Below, one piece after another: positions 10,700-21,954 of a stretch of 64,000 nucleotides of DNA. Each line of letters starts with the position of its first letter. Position 1 is the stretch's first letter. The translations under genes were made by a program, and so were the position numbers. Source of the stretch: Candidatus Pampinifervens sinense. Its GTDB lineage: Bacteria > Aquificota > Aquificia > Aquificales > Aquificaceae. Location of the stretch: assembly GCA_037927135.1 (NCBI GenBank), contig JAXSPP010000003.1:1-64000 (forward strand), written 5' to 3'. Below the pieces are notes generated by a model. The model worked only from the letters and a program-made list of their open reading frames with translations. It had not been told where the DNA came from and made no database searches.

Positions 10700-10978
10700 A
10701 TGATAACGGTAAGGGTGCCGACGCCTCTGAGGAGGATCACCAACGGTCAAGGAGAGGTGCAAGTGCAGGCAAGCACGGTAAGGGAAGCTATAGAGAAGCT
10801 GGAGGAAGTTTATCCTGGTTTTAAAGAGAGGCTTTTGGACGAAAAGGGTGAGGTGAGGAAGTTTGTCAACCTGTACTTGAACGATGAAGACATAAGGTTT
10901 TTAAAAGGTTTGGATACAGAGTTGAAGGATGGGGATGTCCTTTCCATAGTACCTGCCATAGCCGGTGGTCATATATAG
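10700..10978 (+). CDS. MoaD/ThiS/CysO-family ubiquitin-like sulfur carrier
   Basis: VRVPTPLR...FVNLYLNDEDIR...IVPAIAGG(HI); SD AGGAGG. Confidence 0.9.
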   Translation: MITVRVPTPLRRITNGQGEVQVQASTVREAIEKLEEVYPGFKERLLDEKGEVRKFVNLYLNDEDIRFLKGLDTELKDGDVLSIVPAIAGGHI

Positions 10979-11217
10979 ACCCTTTCTATATGGATAAGAA
11001 GCTCGTTGAAAAGCTCTGAGGCTAATCTATCGCTGGATAATTCAATCACCAGTCTTTCCACACTGCCAGTCTGCACTATGACCCTATTCCCTTTTAGCTC
11101 TAAAGTTCTAATATGGTAATAAGGTATGGCCACAACCCTCTCCTTTGTTCTGTATATCAAGTACCTACTTTCTAGCTCTATGCCTAACTTTTTGAGCTCC
11201 TCCCTTATGCTCTTCAT
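10969..11217 (-). CDS. Small hypothetical protein, possibly PH-like fold
   Basis: 82 aa, overlaps the methyltransferase stop; beta strands with IPYYHI and a C-terminal helix. Confidence 0.65.
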   Translation of the reverse strand: MKSIREELKKLGIELESRYLIYRTKERVVAIPYYHIRTLELKGNRVIVQTGSVERLVIELSSDRLASELFNELLIHIERVYI

Positions 11218-11843
11218 ACCAACCCTGGTGGTATCTTTATAGGAATTTGAAAGCCTCTTGGTTCTTCCTTTACCACCATGGCATAAACGCCAAAGCAGTA
11301 TTTGCTGAGTTCTATAACCCTACCCACCTTCAATCCTGCCTCCTCAAGCATAAGGCCTATCTCCCACTCGGAATAGACCTCCTCCGGTGGAGGCCCCTTG
11401 TCCCGTTCTTCTTTTTTCCAATCTATTATGGCCACATAGGCTATAGGCTTGCAAACCCTCTTTACTTCCCCCATAAAAGCCACAGGGTCCTCTAGCTCAT
11501 GGAACACAAAGGCCATGAAGACAAAGTCCACAGTATCATCCTGTAAGGGTATATGGTTTTCTTCCGAAAGAAGCACCTCCACATTGGAAAGGCCCAGCCT
11601 TTCTACCTTTTTTCTTGCATAATCTACAACTAAGGGCTCCACGTCTATGGCATAGACCTTGCCCTCCTCTCCTACCATCTCTGAAAGATAAGGAAGGTAA
11701 AAGCCTGCACCCGTCCCCACATCCAGCACCTTCATACCCGTCCTTAATCCAAACTCTTTTAAGGTCCTTTGGGGATCAAAGAGCTCAAGCCTTGAGGGAT
11801 CGTCTAGCTTTTCTAGCTTTGAAGGATCAAACTTGTGTGCCAT
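11214..11843 (-). CDS. Class I SAM-dependent methyltransferase
   Basis: VLDVGTGAG, YAID, FVFHE, IIDWKK...GPP. Confidence 0.88.
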   Translation of the reverse strand: MAHKFDPSKLEKLDDPSRLELFDPQRTLKEFGLRTGMKVLDVGTGAGFYLPYLSEMVGEEGKVYAIDVEPLVVDYARKKVERLGLSNVEVLLSEENHIPLQDDTVDFVFMAFVFHELEDPVAFMGEVKRVCKPIAYVAIIDWKKEERDKGPPPEEVYSEWEIGLMLEEAGLKVGRVIELSKYCFGVYAMVVKEEPRGFQIPIKIPPGLV

Positions 11844-11850
11844 GGGAAAA

Positions 11851-13842
11851 TTATACAAGCTTTAAAAGCTCCCTGAGCTGTTTTATCTCATCCCTTAGCT
11901 TTGCAGCCTTTTCAAACTCCCACCTTTTTGCACACTCCCACATCTCCTTCTCCAGCTTGCTTATCCTTTCTATAAGGTCCTCTTCAGAGGATATGTCCTT
12001 AGGAAGCTTTACAGGGAGTTTTACATAATCAAGCTCTTCTATGGCTAAGAGCTCCTTTACAGGCTTTACCACACTCTTTGGAGTTATTCCGTGCTCACGG
12101 TTATACCTTTCCTGAATCTGCCTTCTTCTGTTCGTCTCCTCTATGGCCTTCTTCATAGACTCGGTAATTCTGTCCGCATACAGTATGGCTTTACCGTTTA
12201 CGTTCCTTGCAGCCCTACCGATGATCTGTATGAGAGAGGTATAGCTCCTCAAAAAGCCCTCTTTGTCAGCTTCCAGAACAGCCACCAAGGAAACCTCGGG
12301 CAGATCAAGGCCCTCCCTCAGCAGATTAACACCCACTATCACATCAATGGACCCCTCCCTCAGCTCCTTTACCACCTTTGCCCTCTCAATAGCATCCAGA
12401 TCCGAATGCATATACTTTGCCTTTATGCCCCTCTCGTTTAGATATTCAGAAACCTCTTCCGCAAGCCTCTTTGTAGTGGTAAGCACAAGGGCCCTTTCCT
12501 TCCTCTTTTTCCTCTCTTGGATCTCCTTTATTAGATCTTCCAGTTGGTTTTTCGTAGGCCTTACCTCCACCACAGGATCCAAGAGCCCAGTAGGTCTTAC
12601 TATCTGCTCCACTATAATACCCTTGCTCCTTTCTATCTCCCAAGAGCCCGGTGTGGCAGACATGTATATCACTTGGTTTATCTTCTGTAAGAACTCTTCA
12701 AACTTTAACGGTCTGTTGTCAAGGGCTGAAGGAAGCCTCCACCCGTACTCCACAAGCTTTTCCTTTCTTGACCTGTCTCCGTTGTACATGGCCCTTATCT
12801 GTGGTATGGTCACATGGGATTCATCCACTATGAGTAGAAAGTCTTCTGGGAAGTAGTCCAGAAGGGTGTAGGGAGGCTCTCCCGGCTTTCTTCCATCAAA
12901 GTACCTTGAGTAGTTCTCTATACCTTTACAATGGCCAAGCTCCCTTATCATCTCTATATCGTGCATGGTCCTCTGGTATAGCCTTTGGGCTTCCACAAGC
13001 CTACCCTGAGACCTAAACCACTCTACCCTCTCCTTAAGATCTTTTTCAATCTCCTTCAGCGCTTCTTCCATAAGGTCTCTTGGTGCGATGTAGTGGCTTG
13101 CGGGGAAAAGGGAAATCTTCTTCAAGTCTTTTATCTTGTGTCTGTTTAAAGCGTCCATTAAGGTTATAGAATCTATCTCGTCGTCCCAAAACTCAACCCT
13201 TATGAGCTGATCTTCCATATCGGATGGCACTATCTCAATGGCATTGCCCTTAACGGAGAAGGTGGCCCTTCTTATGGCATATTCGCTCCTCTCATAGCCT
13301 ATCTCCACAAGCTTCCTTGTTAGCCTGCTCATGCTAAGCCTTTGGCCTACCTCAAGGGAGATCCTCAAAGAGTAGTAAGACTCGGGAGATCCAAGGCCGT
13401 ATATACAAGACACGGAGGCCACAACGATCACATCCCTTCTTTCCAGCACGGATATGGTGGCCGAATGTCTATACCTCTCCAGTATCTCATTTATGCTTGC
13501 ATCCTTCTCTATGTACAGATCCTTTTCCGGTATGTAGGCCTCCGGCTGGTAGTAGTCATAATAGGAGATAAAATACTCTACCGCATTCTCGGGGAACAGC
13601 TCCTTTAGCTCCCTGTAGATCTGCGCCGCCAAAATTTTGTTGTGGGCTATTATGAGTGTGGGCTTGTTGTACTTTTCTATAACGTTGGCTATGGTAAAAG
13701 TTTTGCCCGTGCCTGTGGCACCCAGCAAAACCTGCTCCTTTACCCCAGCCTCCAGATTGCTGAGTAGCTCAGCTATGGCCTTAGGTTGGTCTCCTGCGGG
13801 CTTGAGGTTTGTCCGCAAACTAAAACCTTTTGTGGCCTGCAT
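11851..13842 (-). CDS. uvrB: Excinuclease ABC subunit B
   Basis: [31 protein letters not shown]-terminal UVR domain; start uncertain (13842 or 13866). Confidence 0.97.
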   Translation of the reverse strand: MQATKGFSLRTNLKPAGDQPKAIAELLSNLEAGVKEQVLLGATGTGKTFTIANVIEKYNKPTLIIAHNKILAAQIYRELKELFPENAVEYFISYYDYYQPEAYIPEKDLYIEKDASINEILERYRHSATISVLERRDVIVVASVSCIYGLGSPESYYSLRISLEVGQRLSMSRLTRKLVEIGYERSEYAIRRATFSVKGNAIEIVPSDMEDQLIRVEFWDDEIDSITLMDALNRHKIKDLKKISLFPASHYIAPRDLMEEALKEIEKDLKERVEWFRSQGRLVEAQRLYQRTMHDIEMIRELGHCKGIENYSRYFDGRKPGEPPYTLLDYFPEDFLLIVDESHVTIPQIRAMYNGDRSRKEKLVEYGWRLPSALDNRPLKFEEFLQKINQVIYMSATPGSWEIERSKGIIVEQIVRPTGLLDPVVEVRPTKNQLEDLIKEIQERKKRKERALVLTTTKRLAEEVSEYLNERGIKAKYMHSDLDAIERAKVVKELREGSIDVIVGVNLLREGLDLPEVSLVAVLEADKEGFLRSYTSLIQIIGRAARNVNGKAILYADRITESMKKAIEETNRRRQIQERYNREHGITPKSVVKPVKELLAIEELDYVKLPVKLPKDISSEEDLIERISKLEKEMWECAKRWEFEKAAKLRDEIKQLRELLKLV

Positions 13843-13925
13843 ATCAAAATAATTTAGTCCTTGCACCTTGCAAGGCTAAAATATGGAAATATATTTATAT
13901 AGCTTAATTTCTGCCGGAGGCTGGC

Positions 13926-14324
13926 ATGTTAAGATACATGCTAAAGTCCAAGATACACAGGGCTAGGATTACAGGTGCAGAGCTTCATTATGAGGGTAGC
14001 CTCTCCCTTGATCTGGCCCTCATGGAGGCTGCAAACCTTTTACCTTACGAGAAGGTAGATGTCTATAACGTGAACAATGGAGCGCGTTTTTCTACCTACG
14101 TAATACCCGCACCTAGGTATTCTGGGGAGGTAAGGCTCAATGGCGCTGCGGCAAGGCTTGGAGCTGTGGGAGACATAATCATCATAGCCTCTTACGGCTT
14201 GTTCCAAGAGGAGGAACTAAGGGAGTATAGGCCACTTTTAGTCTATGTGGATGAACAAAACCGCATAAGGGAGGTAAAGAGAGAGGGAGTTATTGAAGAG
14301 GTAGGTAGGTTGTATGATTGGTAG
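13926..14324 (+). CDS. panD: Aspartate 1-decarboxylase
   Basis: [27 protein letters not shown]. Confidence 0.96.
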   Translation: MLRYMLKSKIHRARITGAELHYEGSLSLDLALMEAANLLPYEKVDVYNVNNGARFSTYVIPAPRYSGEVRLNGAAARLGAVGDIIIIASYGLFQEEELREYRPLLVYVDEQNRIREVKREGVIEEVGRLYDW

Positions 14325-14919
14325 GGTCTTTCGCATATTCAGAGAAAAAGGGGGGATTCTTAAAGCTTTGGACCTTTGGGAATGGTATGAGAGTTTGGAT
14401 CCAAAGGATCAAAAACGGGTAAAGTACTACTTTTCCTTGAAAAGTATAAAGGATATGCGCTTCCCTTTTAAGGCAAAGCACTTTGATGGTGGAGAGGTGG
14501 AAAACCCTGGTTATACAAGAGCTACTTTCCTTGGAACGCTAGCCCAAACGGCCTTGCTTGAAAGGAAGTATGAGGATGCAGAATGGCTGTATTTGAAAGC
14601 TCTAGAGTTTGCCCAATCGGCTTATGAAAAGCATCTCATACTTAACGACCTTCTTATGCTTGCTCAAAAGCTTAAGGATTTTGATAGGATGGAAAGGTAT
14701 GCCTCAATGGATCTAGAGCTCTTTGATCAATATAAAGAGGAGTTAAAGGAAAAAAACGGGGGAAGATTGCCCCAGATAAACTCCTACGAGCTTATGGTAT
14801 ACCTCCTTGAGAGGAAGGGAGAAAAAGAAAGGGCCCTCTCTTTGCTTGAAAAACTCCACTCAGAAGGCGTTCCCCACCCCTTCTATGAGGAGGTAAAAAG
14901 AAGGCTATTAGAAGAATGA
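14314..14919 (+). CDS. Hypothetical helical-repeat protein
   Basis: 201-aa ORF overlapping panD and tilS; host-like codons; TPR-like helices. Confidence 0.7.
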   Translation: MIGRVFRIFREKGGILKALDLWEWYESLDPKDQKRVKYYFSLKSIKDMRFPFKAKHFDGGEVENPGYTRATFLGTLAQTALLERKYEDAEWLYLKALEFAQSAYEKHLILNDLLMLAQKLKDFDRMERYASMDLELFDQYKEELKEKNGGRLPQINSYELMVYLLERKGEKERALSLLEKLHSEGVPHPFYEEVKRRLLEE

Positions 14920-15809
14920 GCTACCATCCCCTCTTGAGGAAGGTGGTAAGGCTTCAAAGGAGTAAAAAGCTCATTCCAAAGGGTAGTAAGGTCTTGGTGG
15001 CCTTCTCTGGTGGAGTAGATTCCGTCTGCTTGAGCCTTGCCCTTTTGGAGCTTAAAGACTTTTTTGGTATAGAGAGGATTGCTCTGGCTCATATAAACCA
15101 TGGCATAAGAGGAGAGGAGGCATTAAGGGACGAGGCCTTCTGTGTGGAGTTCGCAAAGGAAAAGGGGCTTGAGATATTTGTGGATAGGATAAAGGTGGAT
15201 TCTAAGGGAGGGAGTTTGGAGGCAAGGGCTAGGGAGCTAAGATATAGAGCCTTGGAAAGGATAAGGGAGGATCAGGGCTTTGACCTTATAGCCACGGCCC
15301 ATCATCTTAATGACCTTGTGGAGACCATAATCCTTTGGCTTGTGAGGGGATCTGGAAGGGAAGGCCTTTTGGGCTTTGAAGAGAAGGAAGGAAACATAGT
15401 GAGACCCCTCTACCTTGCCAAAAGGGAGGAGATAGAGGATTTTGTAAGACTAAGGGGGGAAAGGTGGGTGGAGGACTCAACCAACTATGATCTTAGCATA
15501 CCGAGAAACCTCATAAGGCATAGGATAATTCCTGAGCTCAAAAGGATAAATCCAAGGCTTGAGGAGAGTATATTAAGGCTTAGGAATATATTAAAGGAGG
15601 AAGAAGAGCTTTTGTCTGAGCTTACAGATAGAGCTATTAAAGAGGTGTTGCAAGGCGGTGAGCTAGACAGAAGGGCCTTTTTGAAGCTTCACAGAGCCCT
15701 TCAGAGGAGGGTCTTGTATAAGGCCTATGGCCTTAGGAGCTTTGGTAGGATAGAGACAGTCATAGGAAGTATTAAAAGGCACAACCACTTGAAAAGGCCC
15801 AACCTTTGA
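14916..15809 (+). CDS. tilS: tRNA(Ile)-lysidine synthase
   Basis: AFSGGVDS, HINHGIR, TAHHLND, EDSTN; directly upstream of ftsH. Confidence 0.95.
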   Translation: MSYHPLLRKVVRLQRSKKLIPKGSKVLVAFSGGVDSVCLSLALLELKDFFGIERIALAHINHGIRGEEALRDEAFCVEFAKEKGLEIFVDRIKVDSKGGSLEARARELRYRALERIREDQGFDLIATAHHLNDLVETIILWLVRGSGREGLLGFEEKEGNIVRPLYLAKREEIEDFVRLRGERWVEDSTNYDLSIPRNLIRHRIIPELKRINPRLEESILRLRNILKEEEELLSELTDRAIKEVLQGGELDRRAFLKLHRALQRRVLYKAYGLRSFGRIETVIGSIKRHNHLKRPNL

Positions 15810-15843
15810 TTATTATTAAATTCTTAAGCACGGAGGAAGAAGT

Positions 15844-17715
15844 ATGCAGTGGTTCAAAAGCCTCTTTGTATGGATCATCCTATTGGGCTTTATGGTCTTG
15901 GCCTTTAACCTTTTTGAAGGCCACAGGGGACAATCTCCCGTAAAAACCTCTGTAAATACCCTTTTGGAGCTGGCGGAAGAAGGCAAGCTAAAGGAGGTTA
16001 AGATAAAGGATAATGTGCTGACTGGTATTACCAGCGATGGTCAATATATAGAAACGGGCATTCCACCTGGCTCAGACATAGTGGGTAAGCTCATAGAAAA
16101 GGGTGTAAAGGTAGAGGTGGTTGTGCAAGAGGGTGGATGGCTTATGCCCTTCTTAGTCTCCTGGCTTCCCATACTGCTCTTCATAGCCATCTGGATATAC
16201 ATGATGAGGCAGGTAAGCGGTGGCAACCCTACCTCTAGGGCCTTTAGCTTTGGAAAGAGCAGGGCAAAGGTCTATATAGATGAGAAGCCAAAGGTAACAC
16301 TGCAGGATGTGGCTGGGATGGAAGAGGTGAAGGAGGAGGTAAAGGAGATCATTGAATACCTGAAGGATCCTGTGAGGTTTCAAAAGCTTGGTGGAAGGCC
16401 TCCAAAGGGTGTGCTCCTTTACGGTGAGCCCGGTGTGGGCAAGACCCTTCTTGCAAAAGCCATAGCAGGAGAGGCCCATGTACCCTTTATATCCGTCTCC
16501 GGTTCGGACTTTGTGGAGATGTTTGTGGGTGTGGGTGCGGCGCGTGTAAGGGACCTTTTTGATACAGCAAAAAAGCATGCACCATGCATCATCTTTATAG
16601 ACGAGATTGATGCGGTAGGCCGTTCGAGGGGAGCAATAAACCTTGGCGGTGGCCATGATGAGAGGGAGCAGACCCTTAACCAACTCTTGGTGGAGATGGA
16701 TGGCTTTGACACCTCTGAAGGTATCATAGTTATCGCAGCTACCAACAGGCCTGACATACTAGACCCAGCTCTATTGAGGCCAGGCAGGTTTGACAGACAG
16801 ATATACATACCAAGGCCAGACGTGAGAGGAAGGTATGAGATACTTAAGGTTCATGCAAGGGATAAAAAGCTTGCTCCCGATGTAGACCTTGAGATAGTGG
16901 CAAGGGCTACACCTGGCTTTACAGGTGCAGACCTGGCCAATGTGATGAACGAGGCAGCCCTCCTTGCGGCAAGAAGAGGCAAAGACGCCATAGATATGCA
17001 AGATATAGAAGATGCTATAGATAGGATTACTATGGGTCTTGAAAGGAAAGGAATGGTAATATCTCCCAAAGAAAAGGAAAAGATAGCCTATCATGAGATG
17101 GGCCATGCCATAATGAGCCTTATGGTGCCCGGAACAGACCCTCTTCATAAGGTATCTATAATTCCAAGGGGAATGGCCTTGGGCGTAACACAGCAGATGC
17201 CCATAGATGACAAGCACATGTATGACAAGCAAGACCTTTATGCGAGAATACTTAGCCTTATGGGTGGAAGGGCGGCGGAGGAGGTCTTTTACGGCAAGGA
17301 AGGTATAACAACGGGTGCGGAGAATGACCTTCAAAGGGCTACGGAGCTTGCCTATAGGATGGTCTCCATGTGGGGTATGAGCGAGAAAATAGGACCGCTG
17401 GCCGTGAGGAAAACTATAAACCCCTTCCTTGGTGGCATGACCACCTCTATAGATATAAGCGAGGAGCTAAGGAGAGAGATAGACGAGGAAGTAAAGAACA
17501 TACTTACAAAGGCCTATGAGGACGCCAAGAGGATAGTTCTGGAGCATAAAGAGGCCATACAGGCTGTGGTCAAAAAGCTACTAGAGAAAGAGACCATGTC
17601 CTGCGAGGAGGTGGTGGAGATACTAAAGCTTTACGGTGTGGAGATAAAGAACGAGTGTAAGAAGGAGGAATTTAAAGTAGAGGAAAAGAAAGAGGAAGTA
17701 AAGGAGGTGAAGTGA
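15844..17715 (+). CDS. ftsH: ATP-dependent zinc metalloprotease
   Basis: Two TM segments, [11 protein letters not shown] second region of homology, HEMGH. Confidence 0.97.
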   Translation: MQWFKSLFVWIILLGFMVLAFNLFEGHRGQSPVKTSVNTLLELAEEGKLKEVKIKDNVLTGITSDGQYIETGIPPGSDIVGKLIEKGVKVEVVVQEGGWLMPFLVSWLPILLFIAIWIYMMRQVSGGNPTSRAFSFGKSRAKVYIDEKPKVTLQDVAGMEEVKEEVKEIIEYLKDPVRFQKLGGRPPKGVLLYGEPGVGKTLLAKAIAGEAHVPFISVSGSDFVEMFVGVGAARVRDLFDTAKKHAPCIIFIDEIDAVGRSRGAINLGGGHDEREQTLNQLLVEMDGFDTSEGIIVIAATNRPDILDPALLRPGRFDRQIYIPRPDVRGRYEILKVHARDKKLAPDVDLEIVARATPGFTGADLANVMNEAALLAARRGKDAIDMQDIEDAIDRITMGLERKGMVISPKEKEKIAYHEMGHAIMSLMVPGTDPLHKVSIIPRGMALGVTQQMPIDDKHMYDKQDLYARILSLMGGRAAEEVFYGKEGITTGAENDLQRATELAYRMVSMWGMSEKIGPLAVRKTINPFLGGMTTSIDISEELRREIDEEVKNILTKAYEDAKRIVLEHKEAIQAVVKKLLEKETMSCEEVVEILKLYGVEIKNECKKEEFKVEEKKEEVKEVK

Positions 17716-19004
17716 TGGGTATGACAATCACAGAAAAGATATTGGCAGACCATGCGGGCAAAAGGGAAGTTTACCCTGGAGAGCTGATCACCGTTAAGGT
17801 GGACCTTGTTATGGCCAACGATGTGACCGCACCCTTGGCCATAAAAACCTTGGAAAAGTATGGAATAAACAAGGTCTTTGATCCAGAGAAGATAGCCCTT
17901 GTGCTATCCCACTTTGTGCCGGCAAAGGACATAAAGTCTGCGGAGCAGGCAAAGATAGTAAGGGAGTTTGCAAAAAAACATAACATAAAATGGTTCTTCC
18001 AAGAGGGTGAGGGCATAGAGCATACCATACTGCCAGAGCAAGGCATAGTGGTGCCAGGAGACTTGGTGGTTGGTGCAGACTCCCACACTTGCACCTACGG
18101 CGGTATAGGGGCCTTTGCCACCGGTATGGGTTCTACCGATATAGCCTACGCTATGGCAACGGGAGAAACATGGCTGAAGGTCCCACCCACCATGAAGTTT
18201 ATCTTTTACGGAAAGCTCCAGCCATGGGTCTCAGGCAAGGACCTGATCCTCTACACCATAGGGCAGATTGGTGTGGATGGGGCCCTCTATAAGGCCATGG
18301 AGTTTGACGGTGAAGCCATAAGGAGCCTCTCTATAGAACAGAGGCTAACCATAGCCAATATGGCCATAGAGGCAGGTGGCAAAAGCGGGATAATAGCGCC
18401 AGACGAAAAGACCATAGAGTATGTTTCTCAGAGGGCCAAAAAGCCTTGGAAGGTTTACCAGAGCGACCCAGATGCCAACTATGAGGTGGTCTATGAGTGG
18501 GATGCAAGCAAGATAGAGCCACTTGTGGCATGGCCATACCTTCCCTCCAATGTGCATCCCGTTTCTGAGTCTACCCATATCACCATAGATCAAGCCTTCA
18601 TAGGCTCTTGCACCAACGGAAGGATAGAGGACCTGAGGATAGCGGCCAAAGTGCTAAAGGGTAGAAAGGTCCATCCCTATGTGAGATGTATAGTCATACC
18701 TGCCTCAAGACAGGTCTATATGCAAGCTTTAAAGGAAGGCCTCATAGACATATTCATTGAGGCTGGTTGTTCTGTTTCTGTTTCTACCTGTGGTCCATGC
18801 CTTGGTGGTCATATGGGCATATTGGCGGAGGGTGAAAGGTGTATATCCACTTCTAATAGAAACTTCCCCGGTAGAATGGGCCATCCCAAGAGTGAGGTCT
18901 ATCTGGCAAACCCTGCTGTGGTAGCTGCCAGCGCCGTGCTTGGTAGGATAGCCCATCCGGAAGAGGTGGTAAAAAAGGAGGAGCTTGAAGAGGTTCTTGC
19001 TTGA
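17715..19004 (+). CDS. leuC: 3-isopropylmalate dehydratase large subunit (LeuC type 2 / HacA-like)
   Basis: GADSHTCTYG, FIGSCTNGRIEDL, CGPCLG, STSNRNF. Confidence 0.9.
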   Translation: MGMTITEKILADHAGKREVYPGELITVKVDLVMANDVTAPLAIKTLEKYGINKVFDPEKIALVLSHFVPAKDIKSAEQAKIVREFAKKHNIKWFFQEGEGIEHTILPEQGIVVPGDLVVGADSHTCTYGGIGAFATGMGSTDIAYAMATGETWLKVPPTMKFIFYGKLQPWVSGKDLILYTIGQIGVDGALYKAMEFDGEAIRSLSIEQRLTIANMAIEAGGKSGIIAPDEKTIEYVSQRAKKPWKVYQSDPDANYEVVYEWDASKIEPLVAWPYLPSNVHPVSESTHITIDQAFIGSCTNGRIEDLRIAAKVLKGRKVHPYVRCIVIPASRQVYMQALKEGLIDIFIEAGCSVSVSTCGPCLGGHMGILAEGERCISTSNRNFPGRMGHPKSEVYLANPAVVAASAVLGRIAHPEEVVKKEELEEVLA

Positions 19005-19443
19005 GGCAGACCTCCATAGAATAGCTTACTGGCTTAGGTTTTTGGGCCAAGATGCCTTGCTTTTAGATGGTGCTATAAACAAAAGGGACCTTCTTAAGCA
19101 TCCTGATCGGGTTTTTATCACCACATCAAGGAAGATGGAAAGGCATCTGAAGGCTTGGGGTGTGGAGTATTTTCTGCTTCCAAGAGAGGACTGGAGGGTA
19201 CAACTTTGCCTTCTTTTAAAATACTTCGGTATAGAAGGGGAGTTAAAGCTAAACAGATGCTACTACTGTAATACACCCTTGCTGTCGGTAGACAAGGAGG
19301 AGGTAAAAGGAAAGGTACCACCCATGGCCTACAAGTACGGTAAAGACTTCACCCTTTGTCCAAACTGTGGGAAAATTTATTGGAAGGGATCACACCACCC
19401 GAAGCTAAAAAAGATGCTGGAGGAGGTTTTATCTTCCTGCTAA
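18985..19443 (+). CDS. Mut7-C (PIN + zinc ribbon) domain protein
   Basis: WLRFLGQD, RCYYCNTPL, CPNCGKIYWKGSH. Confidence 0.85.
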   Translation: MKRFLLEADLHRIAYWLRFLGQDALLLDGAINKRDLLKHPDRVFITTSRKMERHLKAWGVEYFLLPREDWRVQLCLLLKYFGIEGELKLNRCYYCNTPLLSVDKEEVKGKVPPMAYKYGKDFTLCPNCGKIYWKGSHHPKLKKMLEEVLSSC

Positions 19444-20739
19444 AAACCTTTCTACCCTTTCTGCCACCTCATAGGATGCTCTTATGCAGTCTGCCACAGA
19501 AACACCGTAAAGGTAGTTGCCCGTCAAAAATAGTCCAGGGTTTTCCTTTTCCAAAGTCTTTGCAAGGTCAATGTATTTACCATAGCCGATGGTATACTGT
19601 GGTATGGCCCTTTTCCACCTTGTTAGGTTCAAAAATTGAAGTCTGTCTATTCCAAGCACTTCCTTTAGTTCTTTCTCCACGAGTGAGTATATGAGTTCAT
19701 CATCGTACTCTATCACTTCTGGGTCCGTGGCACCACCAAGGTATATGGTAAGAAGATCCCTGTTCTCTGGAGACCTGCCTGTGAAGATTTGAGAGGAAAA
19801 GAGGACTCCAAGTATCCTTTTTCTTTCCACCCTTGGCATCAAAAAGCCAAAGCCTTCTGGAATGGACCCTTTTTCTACGCTTGCATGCACCACCACAATG
19901 GGAGCATAGTATATCTGGTCAAATTCCTGAGAGGCACTCCAGGAGATGTCTCTAAGAAGGTAGCTTGCAGAGGTGGCAGGAGCTGACACTACTACAGCCT
20001 TGGCCTCATACTTTCCCTTTTTGGCATCTATTATAAACCTGTCCTCCTTCCTTCTTATTTTTAGGACAACGTTTTCTGTATCTACAGAGAGTTTTGATGA
20101 TAGCCTTTCAATTAAGGTGTGGTTTCCATCTTGGAAGGATATGAGCCTGCCAGCGGGACCAAAGGCCTTGAGCTTTATAGCTCCCTTTATAAGACTTCCA
20201 AAGTTCTTTTCAAGCTCATAGACCCTTCTTACCGCATACTTCACAGAGAGCTTTTCCGTATCTCCAGCATAAACACCGGATATAAAGGGAGCCACTATGT
20301 AATCATGGAACTCCTTCCCAAGCCTCCTTATTACAAACTCTGCAATACTCTCCTCTGGCTTTATGGATGGTGCCACAAAGGGTTCTTTTAGAACCCTTAT
20401 CTTTCCAGAAAGGGAAAGGAGGGGAGACTTTAGAAAGCTCAAAGGAGAGAGAGGCAAGGGTATTAACCTTCCCTTTTTGTAGATATACCTTATTTTTGCC
20501 TTCTCGCTTGCATACTGGGGCTCTATTCCTACACTGGAGAGAAACTCTTCTACTTTTTTGTCTGCCAAGATGGTCTGTGGACCAAGCTCTAAGATAAAGC
20601 CGTCCTTCTTTACTGTCTGGATATTTCCACCAGGAGATTCTTCCTTCTCAAAGACCTTCACCTCAAAGCCTTTTTTTGACAGATGCCAGGCTACAGAGAG
20701 CCCGGATATGCCCGAGCCCACTACCGCTACGTCTATCAT
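19429..20739 (-). CDS. hemY: Protoporphyrinogen/coproporphyrinogen oxidase (HemY family)
   Basis: [12 protein letters not shown] motif, ELGP, GFGFL, AIPQY. Confidence 0.9.
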   Translation of the reverse strand: MIDVAVVGSGISGLSVAWHLSKKGFEVKVFEKEESPGGNIQTVKKDGFILELGPQTILADKKVEEFLSSVGIEPQYASEKAKIRYIYKKGRLIPLPLSPLSFLKSPLLSLSGKIRVLKEPFVAPSIKPEESIAEFVIRRLGKEFHDYIVAPFISGVYAGDTEKLSVKYAVRRVYELEKNFGSLIKGAIKLKAFGPAGRLISFQDGNHTLIERLSSKLSVDTENVVLKIRRKEDRFIIDAKKGKYEAKAVVVSAPATSASYLLRDISWSASQEFDQIYYAPIVVVHASVEKGSIPEGFGFLMPRVERKRILGVLFSSQIFTGRSPENRDLLTIYLGGATDPEVIEYDDELIYSLVEKELKEVLGIDRLQFLNLTRWKRAIPQYTIGYGKYIDLAKTLEKENPGLFLTGNYLYGVSVADCIRASYEVAERVERFLAGR

Positions 20740-21539
20740 GTCTTGAAGGGAACGCCCTTCAATGGAGAGGAGGGAACTGCATAGGTCCTCTTTGGCATCC
20801 TGCCAGCAAGGTAAGAGAGCCTTCCCGCTATGACCGCATACTTCATGGCCACGGCCATCTTTATAGGATCCTTTGCCTCCGCAAGGGCTGTGTTGGTAAG
20901 GATGGCATCTATACCGAGCTCCATAACGGGTGGGATGTCTGCAGCACTACCTATGCCAGCATCCACTATGACAGGTACAGAGACAGCTTCCTTTATGAAG
21001 ATGAGATTATAAGGGTTTTGAAGGCCAAGGCCTGAGCCTATGGGTGCTGCAAGCGGCATGACGGCAGCACAGCCCACATCCTCAAACTTTTTGGCATAAA
21101 CAGGGTCGTCAAAGATATAGGGCAAGACCACAAAGCCTTCCTTTACCAAGAACTTGGCAGCCTTTAAGGTCTCCTCCATATCGGGCAAAAGGGTCTTTTG
21201 ATCTCCTATCACCTCCAGCTTTACCCAGTTTATACCTGTGGCTTCCCTTGCCAGCATAGCTGTCTTTATGGCCTCCTCCGCCGTATAACAGCCTGCCGTG
21301 TTCGGAAGGATAAGATACTTATTGGGGTCTATGTAATCAAGCAGGTTCTCCTTAGACCGGTCTGTTATGTTTACCCTACGTACGGCCACCGTTATGATCT
21401 CTGCACCGGAGGCCTCAAGCACCTCCTTGGTCTGTTGAAAGCTTTTGAACTTGCCAGAACCGATGATCAGCCTTGAGCGAAAGCGCCTTCCCGCTATCTC
21501 CAAATAGTCCTCTTCAAGTAGCTTTTCATAGTCGGTCAT
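20736..21539 (-). CDS. thiG: Thiazole synthase
   Basis: [30 protein letters not shown]. Confidence 0.97.
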   Translation of the reverse strand: MTDYEKLLEEDYLEIAGRRFRSRLIIGSGKFKSFQQTKEVLEASGAEIITVAVRRVNITDRSKENLLDYIDPNKYLILPNTAGCYTAEEAIKTAMLAREATGINWVKLEVIGDQKTLLPDMEETLKAAKFLVKEGFVVLPYIFDDPVYAKKFEDVGCAAVMPLAAPIGSGLGLQNPYNLIFIKEAVSVPVIVDAGIGSAADIPPVMELGIDAILTNTALAEAKDPIKMAVAMKYAVIAGRLSYLAGRMPKRTYAVPSSPLKGVPFKT

Positions 21540-21746
21540 CTATCCACCTCCTACAATGTTTACTATCTCCACACTGTCCCCTTCCTTAAGTATATACCTG
21601 CCATACTCAGACTTTGGGACAACCTCACCGTTTACTGCCACAGCCAGCCCTACTTCTCTCACCTTTATATTCAGCCTTTCAAGGAGTTCAAGTATATTAA
21701 TACCTTCAGGCATATGGGTGTCCTTTCCGTTGACCACAAGCCTCAT
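21540..21746 (-). CDS. thiS: Sulfur carrier ThiS
   Basis: AVAVNGEVVP...VEIVNIVGGG; directly upstream of thiG. Confidence 0.95.
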   Translation of the reverse strand: MRLVVNGKDTHMPEGINILELLERLNIKVREVGLAVAVNGEVVPKSEYGRYILKEGDSVEIVNIVGGG

Positions 21747-21876
21747 AGGATTTTATAAATATATCTCCTTTTTTTCACAATACAAGGGCATAAATATAAG
21801 CTTTTTAGAATATTCTAAAAATCTAACCTTTAAATCTTAAAACCTCTAATTGAGAAAGTTTTTCTACAAGAAACTA

Positions 21877-21905
21877 TTGACAAAAAGCATTTAAGCTTAT
21901 ATACT
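21877..21905 (+). promoter_or_regulatory. Sigma70 promoter of the ba3 oxidase operon
   Basis: TTGACA (21877-82), 17-nt spacer, TATACT (21900-05). Confidence 0.8.
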
Positions 21906-21954
21906 TATAAGTGAGGCTTATAGGTTTATAAAAAAATCTTATAGGAGGTGTGCC

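Noticed and set aside
13858-13876. CCTTGCA-CCTTGCAAGG repeat/palindrome upstream of uvrB as an SOS-like box
   Set aside because: Short, matches no LexA box I know, and plausible by chance
14916-15809. Truncated TilS
   Set aside because: Short TilS lacking the distal C-terminal domain is known in Aquifex; catalytic motifs are intact
21763-21780. Rex operator (TTCACAA half-site)
   Set aside because: The matching TTGTGAA half is absent
21747-21876. TPP riboswitch upstream of thiS-thiG
   Set aside because: The region is very AT-rich and lacks the GCTGAGA and stem elements; it is better explained as divergent promoters
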